A stretch of 64,000 nt of DNA, taken from NCBI GenBank assembly GCA_963764715.1, contig CAVXTP010000021.1:367040-431039 (forward strand), written 5' to 3'. The position numbers and the translations under genes are program-made. The first letter of the stretch is position 1. Every line of letters begins with the position of its first letter. Below are positions 1 to 8,754 of this stretch, piece by piece. The notes beneath the pieces are model-generated. The model ran no database searches. It saw only the letters and a list, made by a program, of their open reading frames with translations, and was not told the origin of the DNA. The DNA is from an uncultured Acidobacteriota bacterium. GTDB lineage: Bacteria; Acidobacteriota; Thermoanaerobaculia; UBA5066; Gp7-AA6.

Positions 1-1097
1 TTGAACGCGATCGTGTTGCCCTCGCCCGCGCCGATGCCGCCGATCGTCATGTTCGTGCCGTCGACGTTGATGCCGATGCGGTTGCTCCCGAGGTCGATCG
101 TGCCCGTCGGGTCGGTGCCGATGAAGTTGCCGTAGACGACGTGGCCCGAGCCGCCCAACCGCAATCCTTCGTAGAAGTTGGCCGCGGCGATGACGTTGCC
201 GTCGCCCGGCGCCGTCCCGCCGACCGTGTGGCCGGTGCCGACGAGCGCGAAACCATGCTCGTACACTTCCAGCCGCACGGTCCCCGTCACATCCGTGCCG
301 ATGAAATTGCCCTTGAAAGTGTGCCCGGTCCCGTTCACGCTGATTCCGTTGCTCCCTCCTGCGATGACGTTGTCCCGGGCGGTGTTTCCGGATCCGTTGA
401 AGTTCAGCGCGAACGACGTTCCCGGGCAGGCCGGGGTCAGCAGCGCGTTTCCGCTTGCCGCCAGGCCGAACAGATTCCCCTGCACGACGTGAGCCGTTCC
501 GGCTCCGGCGAGCGTGACGCCGGCCTGGCATGCGGCGATGAGGTTGCGCGCGCCGGGCGCGGCCCCGCCGATCGTCGCGCCCGATTCGCCGGTCACGGTC
601 ACCTGGGTGCCGAAGCCCCCGTCGAGCCGCTGCGTTCCGGTCACGTCGGTCCCGATGAAGCAGCCCTCGACCTTGTTGTTCGAGAACGCGCCGTTGTTGA
701 AGACCACGCTCCCGCCGTGGATCGAGAGGCCCCGGATGGTCGTGTCGCTCGCGGAGACGCCGAGGGATCCGACGAGCTCGATCGTGAGCACGCTGTTGAG
801 GCCCTGGCCCACGGGATGGGTGTTCGGGCTCGAGCCCGCCTGCGTGAATCCATCGATCGTGACCGGAGACGTGATCACCGGCAGGGCGGTCACCGGGGTG
901 ATCGTGTGAACTCCCGAGCCCGCGATGTTGAACGCGATCGTGTCGGGCCCGACGTTGGCGTTGGCGTCGAGGATCGCCTGGCGCAGCGTTCCCGCCCCGG
1001 CGTCGGCCGTCGAGGTCACCGTGTAGGTGTTGGCCAGAGCCGGAACGCCGACGAGCAGGGCCACGAGGGCCACGAGGGCCGATGTAAGACGTCGCAC
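1..1097 (-). CDS. Secreted beta-helix array paralogue 1 (partial; 3' end runs off the window)
   Basis: Not in the ORF track. Manual translation from GTG at 1097 (AGGAGG at 1104-1109) gives [60 protein letters not shown]...IDGFTQAG...EGCFIGTD, the same N-terminus as the other paralogues. Confidence 0.9.
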   Translation of the reverse strand, partial: MRRLTSALVALVALLVGVPALANTYTVTSTADAGAGTLRQAILDANANVGPDTIAFNIAGSGVHTITPVTALPVITSPVTIDGFTQAGSSPNTHPVGQGLNSVLTIELVGSLGVSASDTTIRGLSIHGGSVVFNNGAFSNNKVEGCFIGTDVTGTQRLDGGFGTQVTVTGESGATIGGAAPGARNLIAACQAGVTLAGAGTAHVVQGNLFGLAASGNALLTPACPGTSFALNFNGSGNTARDNVIAGGSNGISVNGTGHTFKGNFIGTDVTGTVRLEVYEHGFALVGTGHTVGGTAPGDGNVIAAANFYEGLRLGGSGHVVYGNFIGTDPTGTIDLGSNRIGINVDGTNMTIGGIGAGEGNTIAF

Positions 1098-1117
1098 GCG
1101 ATGCCTCCTTTGCCGGG

Positions 1118-3535
1118 CTACGGAAGACGGAAGGCGAGGAACAGAAACGCCGCCATCTGGCCGCGCGTGACGGAGTTCGTCGGACAGAAGTTGCCGCCCC
1201 CGCAGCCGCCGGTGATGTTTTCGGCCGCGAGCTGCTCGATCCAGTCCGCGAACTGCGAGGGGCAGGGGACGTCGGGGAAGTCGCCGCTGCAGGGCGGCGG
1301 AGCGTAGCTCGCGCCGTGCTTGGCCTTCAGCAGGAAGACCGCCATCTGCTGGCGCAACACGGGATTGCCGGGGCAGTACTTGCCGCCGCCGCAGCCTCCC
1401 GTGATGCCTTCCGCGGCGAGCGCCTCGATCCAGTTCGCGAAAGTCGACGGGCAGGCCACGTCTCCGAAGGTGCCGGAGCAGGGCGGCGGTGTGTAGCAGA
1501 CGCCGTACTTTCCTTTGAGGAGGAAGACCGCCATCTGCTGCCGCAGCGTGCTGTCGTTGACCCCGTAGTTCCCGCCCCCGACGCCGGCGGTGATGTCGCT
1601 CCGGACGAGCTTGATGACGGCGCTGTGGAAGATGTTTGCGGGCGGCACATCGAGGAAGTTCGCGACCCATCCGTTGAAGAGGGTCCCGGAGGAGCCGCTC
1701 GGGTTCGTCACGACGATGTCGCTGACGCTCCCGGGCGGGAGGGCGGGCATGTTCGCGTGGATCGCGGTGGCGCTGTCGACGACGACGCTCGAGGCGGCGG
1801 CCCCCCCCACCGTGACGGTGGCCCCGGCCTCGAAGAGCATGCCGGCGAGCGCCACGTTGGTTCCGCCGGCGGCAGGGCCGAAGAAGGGCGTGCTGGCGAA
1901 GACCAGCTCCTGCGAGAACTCGGAGGTGTTGCCGGAGGGGTCGGTCGCCGTCGCCGTGACGCGCTCGCCCGGCGCGATGTTGTCCGGCAGGACCGTGTCG
2001 AACACGCCGTTGCCCGAAGCGTCGGTCGTCACGACGATCGAGCCCATGTAGTCCTGGCCTTCGAGCAGGTCCTGGGGCCGCACGTTGCAGATCCTGTAGA
2101 AATCCACGTCGTAGGTGGTCGAGGCCTTGCTGTTCAGCGTGCCCTGGACCCGCGTGCCGTTGCCCTGCGGGATCTGGAGCGTCGCCGACGTCACGACCGG
2201 AAAGTTCTGGCGGCCGTTGGGACCCGTGTCCGCGTCGCCCGCGTCGTTGGGAGTGACGCCCGCAACGCCTCCCACGACGAGGTCGATTCCGAGGCCGTCG
2301 ACAGTCGCCACCGGCCGATTGGCGTAGATCGAGTTGCCCCGGATCGTCGCCGTTCCCCCGGTGACTAAGATGCCTCCCGACGGGCTGGAGTTCTTTCCGT
2401 TGAACGCGATGAGGTTGCCTTCGCCGGGCCCGATTCCCCCGATGACCGCGCCGGTGGAGCTCGAAACCTGGATGCCGTTGCGCTGGGCGCCGAGGTCGAG
2501 CGTCCCGGTCGCGTCGGTTCCGATGAAATTTCCCCGGATGATCGGCGCGCCGGCGGCCACCCCGATGCCGTCGTAGACGCCCGCGATGGTGTTGCCGAGG
2601 ATCTGGATGTTGCCGCTGCCGACGAGGCTGATCCCGCTGAACCCGTCGTTGACGAAGATCCCGCGGACGATGGCGCGCTGCCCCGTGACGTCGGTCCCGA
2701 AGAAGTTGCCCTGAATCGTGAAGTCCGCGGTGCCGAGGAGCTCGACACCCGCGGAAACGTTGCCGAAGACGTTCCTCGCGGCGGCCGTGGCGCCGCCCAC
2801 GACGACTCCAGTTCCCGCGCTCAACAGCACGCCCGAGCTCGTATCCCCGACGGCGCGCAGCCAGTCCAGGCCCGACGGCTTCATCGCGATGAGGTTGCCC
2901 TGGATGACGTGTCCCGAGCCGCCGGCGATCTGAACCTGGCCGAAATTGAATCCGGAGATGAGATTCCGGTCCGCCGGCGTCGTCCCGCCGACGCGGGCTC
3001 CCGTCTGCTGGTTGATCAGCACGCCGGCGGAAATGTTTCCGTTGACGGGGATCGTCACGCCGTCGGTCTTCGTCCCGAGGAAGTTTCCCGCCACGACGTT
3101 GTTCGCCACGGCCGACGTGAGCTCGATCGCTGCGCCGGTGCAGTGGTACACCGCGAGGCCCCGGATCGTGACGTCGCTCGCCTTCGAGATCAGGCATCCG
3201 CCGAGCCCTGCGCCGTCGACCTCGATCTGGAGAACCGTGTCGAGGCCCTGGGCCGTCGAGTGGGTGTTGGGCGACGCTCCGGACTGCGTATAGCCGTCGA
3301 TCGTCACCGCGCCGGTGATGTCGGGCAGCGCCGACGCGAGAGTGATCGTGTGCGGACCGGTTCCGACGATCGCGAACGCGATCGTGTCGGGGCCCGGGTT
3401 CCCGTTGGCGTCGAGGATCGCCTGGCGCAGCGTCCCGGCGCCGGAGTCGGCCGTCGACATCACGGTGTACGTGTTGCCGGCAGCCGTCGCCGTGAGGGTC
3501 AGCAAAGCGAGGGCAAGACCGAGTCGCTGGTTCAT
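1118..3535 (-). CDS. Secreted beta-helix / IPT / Cys-rich SLH protein, paralogue 2
   Basis: ORF 1118..3565; likely start ATG 3535 (MNQRLGLAL, AGGAG upstream). Signal peptide, [17 protein letters not shown] cap, GNF(I/L/F)GT beta-helix repeats, GNTSEFS Ig-like segment, IPT, three SLH-like repeats. Confidence 0.9.
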   Translation of the reverse strand: MNQRLGLALALLTLTATAAGNTYTVMSTADSGAGTLRQAILDANGNPGPDTIAFAIVGTGPHTITLASALPDITGAVTIDGYTQSGASPNTHSTAQGLDTVLQIEVDGAGLGGCLISKASDVTIRGLAVYHCTGAAIELTSAVANNVVAGNFLGTKTDGVTIPVNGNISAGVLINQQTGARVGGTTPADRNLISGFNFGQVQIAGGSGHVIQGNLIAMKPSGLDWLRAVGDTSSGVLLSAGTGVVVGGATAAARNVFGNVSAGVELLGTADFTIQGNFFGTDVTGQRAIVRGIFVNDGFSGISLVGSGNIQILGNTIAGVYDGIGVAAGAPIIRGNFIGTDATGTLDLGAQRNGIQVSSSTGAVIGGIGPGEGNLIAFNGKNSSPSGGILVTGGTATIRGNSIYANRPVATVDGLGIDLVVGGVAGVTPNDAGDADTGPNGRQNFPVVTSATLQIPQGNGTRVQGTLNSKASTTYDVDFYRICNVRPQDLLEGQDYMGSIVVTTDASGNGVFDTVLPDNIAPGERVTATATDPSGNTSEFSQELVFASTPFFGPAAGGTNVALAGMLFEAGATVTVGGAAASSVVVDSATAIHANMPALPPGSVSDIVVTNPSGSSGTLFNGWVANFLDVPPANIFHSAVIKLVRSDITAGVGGGNYGVNDSTLRQQMAVFLLKGKYGVCYTPPPCSGTFGDVACPSTFANWIEALAAEGITGGCGGGKYCPGNPVLRQQMAVFLLKAKHGASYAPPPCSGDFPDVPCPSQFADWIEQLAAENITGGCGGGNFCPTNSVTRGQMAAFLFLAFRLP

Positions 3536-3557
3536 TGGGCGTTCTCCTGTCCCGAAT

Positions 3558-3584
3558 CTCGACAAATGGCGGCGGCCGGGGTCA
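3558..3584 (-). promoter_or_regulatory. Putative ECF-type promoter TGACC-N14-TTGTCGAG
   Basis: Recurs with identical spacing at 8570, 11192 and 13681, each just upstream of a paralogue RBS. Function is inferred. Confidence 0.65.
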
Positions 3585-3685
3585 AGCGAAAACGGGCCGT
3601 GAGGCCCGTTTTGAAACAGTGGCGGCCGCGGGGGGGAGGCGACCCGCCCCCCGGGGCGCGCCTCCCGGGCGGTCCGGAAGAGGGT

Positions 3686-6088
3686 CTACGGCAGCGAAAA
3701 AGCATTGACCAGGAACGCGGCCATCTGGCCTCGGGTGACGTTGTTCTGCGGACAGAAGGTCGTTCCGCCGCAACCGCCCGTGACGCCCTCCGCCTGCAGC
3801 TGTTCGATCCAGTCGGCGAAGGGACCCGGGCAAGGCACGTCCGTGAAGTGGCCGTCGCAGGGCGGCGGGATGAACTGGGAGCCGTGCTTTCCCTTCAGCA
3901 GAAAGACCGCCATCTGGTCGCGCCGCACGGGATTGTCGGGGCAGTAGTTGCCGCCGCCGCAGCCGCCGGTGATGCCTTCCGCGGCGAGCTGCTCGATCCA
4001 TGGCGCGAAGTTGTTCGAGCACGGGACATCCGGGAATACGCCGGAGCAGGGCGGCGGCACGTAGCACGCTCCGTGGGCCGCCTTCAGGAGGAAGACCGCC
4101 ATCTGCTGGCGCTTCGTGTTCTGGGCCGGGCCGTAGAAGCCCCCGCCGACGCCGGCGGTGATGCCGTTGCCGACGAGGCGCATGACGTAGAGGTAGAACT
4201 GGTGGCTGGAGGCGACGTCGAGGAAGTCGGTCAGCCAGCCGTTGGGCAGCGTGTCGACCGGGCCGCCCGGGTTCGACACGACGATCGAGTTCACGGAGCC
4301 GGGAGGAAGGCTGGGCGTCTTCAGCGAAAGCGTGTGCACATCGGTCACCTGCACGTTCGACGCCGCCGCGCCTCCGACGGTGGCGGTCGCTCCGTCCTCG
4401 AACGCGAGGCCGGTCAGGACGATCGTCGCGCCCGACGGTCCGTACGACGGCAGGCCGTAGAAGATGGCGCGGGGCGAGAGCTCGGAGGTGTTTCCGGCCG
4501 GGTCGATCGCGGTCGCTGAAACGGGGGACCCATCGGGGAGCGCGACCGGGAGGATGACGTTCACGACGGCGTGGCCGGAACCGTCCGTCGTGGCCGTGCT
4601 CGAGCCGATGTACGTCCGCGCCTCGGGCAGGTCCTGGGGACGACGCTCGCAGATCGGATCCGCATAGAAGTCGAGGTCGTAGATCGTCGAGGGCGCGCTG
4701 TCCAGCACGCCGGCGACGGTCGTGGTCGAAACGCCGTAGGTGACGGAAGAGAGGACCGGGAAGTTCTGTAACCCGTTGGGCCCGGCGTCGGCGTCGCCGG
4801 CGTCGTTCAGCGTGACTCCGTTGCCGGCGACAAGCAGGTCGATGGCGAGGCCCGAGTGGTAGTTGCCTCCGGGGTTGTCGAAGATCGCGTTTCCGCGGAT
4901 CGTTGCCTTGCCGGCGTTCTCGACGCCCACGCCGGCCAGTCCCGAGTTCGAGATGACGTTGCCTTCTCCCGGATTGACGCCGCCGATGATCGTCCCCGTC
5001 GCCAGGACGCGGATGCCGTAGGTCGGGTTGCGAAGGCGGATGAGGCCGGTCTCGTCCGTGCCGATGAAGTTGCCCTGGATCACCGAACCCGTCGCCGACT
5101 GGTACACGGAGATACCCGAGGCATCCGATCCCCCGACGAGGTTACCGGCGCCCGGGGTTGCGCCTCCCACGGTGTTGTCCGGGTCGTTGAGCGCGATGCA
5201 CTCGTTGTGACAACCGAACGCGAAGGTCCCGGTGACGTCGATGTCGACGTAGTTGCCCTGGATCAAATTGTCGGACGCGACGATCCCGGGAGTGCCGGAG
5301 CCGCCGACGTTGATCCCTCCGCTGATGACGTTGCGGGCCGCGGGCGTCGTCCCGCCGATGACGTTGTTCGATCCGACGAACAAGGAGAGACCCTTCGAGC
5401 CGAACTCGTTCAAGCTCTTCTTTCCCGTGATGTCGGTGCCGATCAGGTTGCCGGCGACGAGGCTGTCGTGAAACCCGGGCGCTCCGCCCCCGAGCTGTAC
5501 CAAACCCGCGAAGAGGTTGCGCGCGGCGGGTGTCGTTCCGCCGATCCGGGCGTTGTTCGCGTCGAGACTGAATCTCAGCGAGCCTTGAAACGGAGCGGGA
5601 ATCTGCGTTCCGGACGGGTCGGTGCCGAGGAAACAGCCCTCGATGACGAATCCCTGGTGCCCTCCGGTGACGTCGATCTCGTACTGCGGCGCGCGATTGA
5701 TGACGAAGCCCTTCAGCGTGACGTCGTCGGCGCTGACGACCATGCAAGTCGCCGCGCCGACGTTGGTGCAGTCGATCTCAATCTGCAGGACCGTGTTGAG
5801 CCCGAGGCTGGTCGGGTTGGTGTTGACCGAAGACCCGGCCTGCGTATAGCCGTCGACGGTCGAGGGCCCGGTGATCGCGGGCAGGGGGGAGGCCAGGGAG
5901 ATCGTGTGGGGGCCGGTTCCCACGACGCCGAAGGCAATTGTGTCGACGCCGGGGTTGCCGTTGGCATCCAGGATCGCCTGGCGCAGGGTCCCGGCGCCGG
6001 AATCGGCCGTCGACGTCACCGTGTAGGTGTTGCCGAGAGCGGCCACGGATGCGAAGGCACCGACCAGAGCCAGCAGAGTCCGCTTCAT
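3686..6088 (-). CDS. Secreted beta-helix / IPT / Cys-rich SLH protein, paralogue 3
   Basis: C-terminal part of ORF 3686..8203; true start ATG 6088 (MKRTLLALVG, GGAGG upstream). Same architecture. Confidence 0.9.
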   Translation of the reverse strand: MKRTLLALVGAFASVAALGNTYTVTSTADSGAGTLRQAILDANGNPGVDTIAFGVVGTGPHTISLASPLPAITGPSTVDGYTQAGSSVNTNPTSLGLNTVLQIEIDCTNVGAATCMVVSADDVTLKGFVINRAPQYEIDVTGGHQGFVIEGCFLGTDPSGTQIPAPFQGSLRFSLDANNARIGGTTPAARNLFAGLVQLGGGAPGFHDSLVAGNLIGTDITGKKSLNEFGSKGLSLFVGSNNVIGGTTPAARNVISGGINVGGSGTPGIVASDNLIQGNYVDIDVTGTFAFGCHNECIALNDPDNTVGGATPGAGNLVGGSDASGISVYQSATGSVIQGNFIGTDETGLIRLRNPTYGIRVLATGTIIGGVNPGEGNVISNSGLAGVGVENAGKATIRGNAIFDNPGGNYHSGLAIDLLVAGNGVTLNDAGDADAGPNGLQNFPVLSSVTYGVSTTTVAGVLDSAPSTIYDLDFYADPICERRPQDLPEARTYIGSSTATTDGSGHAVVNVILPVALPDGSPVSATAIDPAGNTSELSPRAIFYGLPSYGPSGATIVLTGLAFEDGATATVGGAAASNVQVTDVHTLSLKTPSLPPGSVNSIVVSNPGGPVDTLPNGWLTDFLDVASSHQFYLYVMRLVGNGITAGVGGGFYGPAQNTKRQQMAVFLLKAAHGACYVPPPCSGVFPDVPCSNNFAPWIEQLAAEGITGGCGGGNYCPDNPVRRDQMAVFLLKGKHGSQFIPPPCDGHFTDVPCPGPFADWIEQLQAEGVTGGCGGTTFCPQNNVTRGQMAAFLVNAFSLP

Positions 6089-6096
6089 GGTCCCTC

Positions 6097-8547
6097 CTAG
6101 GGAAGCTTGAACGTGTTGACGAGGAACGCCGCCATCTGTCCGCGAGTGACGTTGGTGAGAGGGCAGTAGTTGTTGCCGCCGCAGCCGCCGGTGACACCCT
6201 CCGCGGCGAGCTGCTCGATCCAGTTCGCAAAGGTCGAGGGGCAGGCGACGTCGGTGAAGTCGCCGCTGCACGCCGGCGGAACGAAGGACGAGCCGTGCTT
6301 GGCCTTGAGCAGAAATACGGCCATCTGGTCGCGGCGCACGGGGTTGCCGGGGCAGTAATTGCTGCCGCCGCAGCCGCCCGTGATGCCTTCGGCCGCGAGC
6401 GCCTCGATCCACGGCGCGAAGGTCGAGGGGCACGCGACGTCGGAGAAAACTCCGGCGCAGGGTGGCGGCACGTAGCAGACGCCGTACTTGGACTTGAGGA
6501 GGAAGACGGCCATCTGCTGGCGCAGCGTGCTCGAAGCGACGCCGTAGTTCCCGCCGCCCACGCCGGCGGTGATGCCGTTGGCGACGAGCTTGGTGACCTG
6601 GGTGAGGAACTGGTTTCCCGGGAGGACGTCGTTGAAGTACGCGATCCAGCCGTTCGGAAGGGTCCCCGAGAGGCCGCCCCCCGGGTTCTGCACGACGACG
6701 GAGTTGATCGAGCCGGCCGGCAATGCGGGGATGTTGGCGGTGATCGTGTTCGCGTCGTCCACGACGACCCCGGTGGCCGCCACGCCGCCGACCGTCACCG
6801 TGGCGCCGGCCACGAAGGCGAGCCCCTTGATCTGCGCGCCAAAGTGTCCGGTGGTCGACCCTGCCCCCGGCGCCATCGAAAGCACGAAGCGCGGGGTGAA
6901 TTCCGACGTACTGCCGTTGGGGCTCGTCGCCGTGGCGCTGATGGGCGAGCCGTTCGTGACCGCGAGCGGCAGGATCGCGTTGAAGGTGGCGTTGCCGGAT
7001 CCGTCGGTCGTCACCTGCGTCGAGCCGAGATAGGTCTGGCCCTCCGGAAGGTCCTGCGGCCGCCGCGAGCACGCCGGGTTGGCGTAGAAATCGAGGTCGA
7101 AGATCGTGGCCGCACCGCTGTTCAGGGTCCCGGCGACGGTCGTCGTCGAGCCGCCGTACGCCACCGACGAGATGACCGGAAAATTTTGGAGCCCGTTCGC
7201 GCCGGTGTCGGCGTCTCCGGTGTCGTTGAGCGTGACGCCCGCGAAGCCGTCGTGGAGATCGATCCCGAGGCCGTCGGTCGACTGGTACGCGTTCGTGTCG
7301 TAGATCGAGTTGCCCCGGACGGAAACCCCCTGCCCCCCCGCGACGTAGACGCCGGCGCCGGGGGCCGTCACGCCGACGGCGGGACCGTTGTTGGCGATGA
7401 CGTTGGCCTCGCCGGGCCCGGTGCCTCCGACCGTCACGGCGTCCGCGACGACGTAGATGCCGTTCGAGCCGTTGCCGAGCCGGGCGGTTCGGGTCGAATC
7501 CGTGCCGATGAAATTGCCCTGGATGACCGTCGAGTCTCCGTGGACCTCGATTCCGCCGTTGCCGAGCCCGCCGGCGATGACGTTGCCCGCCCCCGCGGCA
7601 GCGCCCCCGATCGTGTTGCCCTGGTTGTTGGCGACGACGCAGCCGCCGTAGCAGCCGAGCGCAAGCAGGCCCGTGGCATCGGTGCCGAGGAAGTTGCCCC
7701 GGACGAAATTGCCGGTCGCGAAGGAATCGTTCCAGCCGCCCCCGAGATTGATCGTGTTGACGATCACGTTGGGGGCGCCGGCGGACGTGCCGCCGACGGT
7801 GATTCCCGTCCCCATGAAGATGCCGACGGACTGGGTGGCGTTCGTCGCGAGCTTCGCGGTGCCGGAGGCGTTCGTGCCGATGAGGTTGCCCTGGATGAGG
7901 TGGCCGCTGTTGACCCCGAAATTCTCGCCGATGTGGACCTGGTGGTACCCGCTGTCGCCGCCCGAGATCAGGTTGCGCGCGGCGGGCGTCGTGCCCCCGA
8001 TGCGCGCGTTCTGGGCGGAGACCAGGTTGACGCCGTTCTGGTAGGGCGAGAGCGCCTGCGTGCCGTCGGCGCTCGAACCGAGGAAGCAGCCCTCGACGAC
8101 GAGGTTCTGGTGGGAGGGCGGCGGAGTCTCGATGTCCGGCCCGGCGCAGCGATTGATCGCGAGGCCGCGGATCGTGACGTTGTCGGCCTGGACCGACAGG
8201 CACGGCGTGGCCCCGGCATTCGTGCCGTTGATCTCGATCCGCAAGACGGTGTTCAGCCCCTGTCCCGTCGGGTTCGTATTGGCCGAGGAGCCCGCCTGCG
8301 TGAAGCCGTCGATCGTCACGGGCCCGGTGATCGCGGGCAGCGCCGAGATCGGCGAGATCGTCTGGACCCCGCTGCCGACGATCCCGAAGGCGATCGTATC
8401 GGCCCCCGGGTTGGCGTTGGCGTCGAGGATCGCCTGGCGCAGGGTCCCGGCTCCCGAATCGGCCGTGGACGTGACGGTGTAAGTGTTCCCGGCGGCGATC
8501 GCCGCGGCGGCGAACAGAGCCCAGGCGAGTCCGAGACGCTTATGCAT
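6097..8547 (-). CDS. Secreted beta-helix / IPT / Cys-rich SLH protein, paralogue 4
   Basis: ORF 6097..8577; start ATG 8547 (MHKRLGLAW). 8 nt gap to paralogue 3 suggests an operon. Confidence 0.9.
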   Translation of the reverse strand: MHKRLGLAWALFAAAAIAAGNTYTVTSTADSGAGTLRQAILDANANPGADTIAFGIVGSGVQTISPISALPAITGPVTIDGFTQAGSSANTNPTGQGLNTVLRIEINGTNAGATPCLSVQADNVTIRGLAINRCAGPDIETPPPSHQNLVVEGCFLGSSADGTQALSPYQNGVNLVSAQNARIGGTTPAARNLISGGDSGYHQVHIGENFGVNSGHLIQGNLIGTNASGTAKLATNATQSVGIFMGTGITVGGTSAGAPNVIVNTINLGGGWNDSFATGNFVRGNFLGTDATGLLALGCYGGCVVANNQGNTIGGAAAGAGNVIAGGLGNGGIEVHGDSTVIQGNFIGTDSTRTARLGNGSNGIYVVADAVTVGGTGPGEANVIANNGPAVGVTAPGAGVYVAGGQGVSVRGNSIYDTNAYQSTDGLGIDLHDGFAGVTLNDTGDADTGANGLQNFPVISSVAYGGSTTTVAGTLNSGAATIFDLDFYANPACSRRPQDLPEGQTYLGSTQVTTDGSGNATFNAILPLAVTNGSPISATATSPNGSTSEFTPRFVLSMAPGAGSTTGHFGAQIKGLAFVAGATVTVGGVAATGVVVDDANTITANIPALPAGSINSVVVQNPGGGLSGTLPNGWIAYFNDVLPGNQFLTQVTKLVANGITAGVGGGNYGVASSTLRQQMAVFLLKSKYGVCYVPPPCAGVFSDVACPSTFAPWIEALAAEGITGGCGGSNYCPGNPVRRDQMAVFLLKAKHGSSFVPPACSGDFTDVACPSTFANWIEQLAAEGVTGGCGGNNYCPLTNVTRGQMAAFLVNTFKLP

Positions 8548-8569
8548 TGAGCTTTCTCCTGTGGCGTAT

Positions 8570-8596
8570 CTCGACAAAGTGCGGCCTCCGGGGTCA
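8570..8596 (-). promoter_or_regulatory. Putative ECF-type promoter TGACC-N14-TTGTCGAG
   Basis: TTGACCCCGGAGGCCGCACTTTGTCGAGA on the minus strand, upstream of paralogue 4. Confidence 0.65.
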
Positions 8597-8710
8597 AGGA
8601 AAAAGAGGTTGGGGACCGCGGCTCCCGGCCGTGCGGCGGACCCGATCCGCCGTTCGGAAGTCCCGGGAAGGGGCCTCCGGCGCCTCCCGATGGCACGGGC
8701 CGGAGACTAC

Positions 8711-8730
8711 GGGCGGGCGCAAGCCCGCCC
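8711..8730 (-). terminator. GC hairpin downstream of paralogue 5
   Basis: gggcgggc-gcaa-gcccgccc perfect 8-bp stem about 25 nt after the stop; no U tract. Confidence 0.35.
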
Positions 8731-8754
8731 GAGGGAGTCGAGGAAAGGCTCCCT

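Noticed and set aside
1059-1080. 9-nt tandem repeat gggccacga in paralogue 1
   Set aside because: Encodes ALVALVAL in the signal peptide; too short to imply a mechanism.
1140-1600. Recurring DNA repeats such as gcagtagttgccgccgccgcagccgccggtgatg as a possible CRISPR or non-coding repeat
   Set aside because: They are the coding sequence of the ITGGCGGGNYC motif inside ORFs; no repeat-spacer periodicity and no cas genes.
1801-1808. Homopolymer runs (C8 at 1801-1808, G7 near 29748, C7 at 50425-50431) as phase-variation switches
   Set aside because: Short runs are expected at this GC content and the reading frames are intact; no evidence without read-level length variation.
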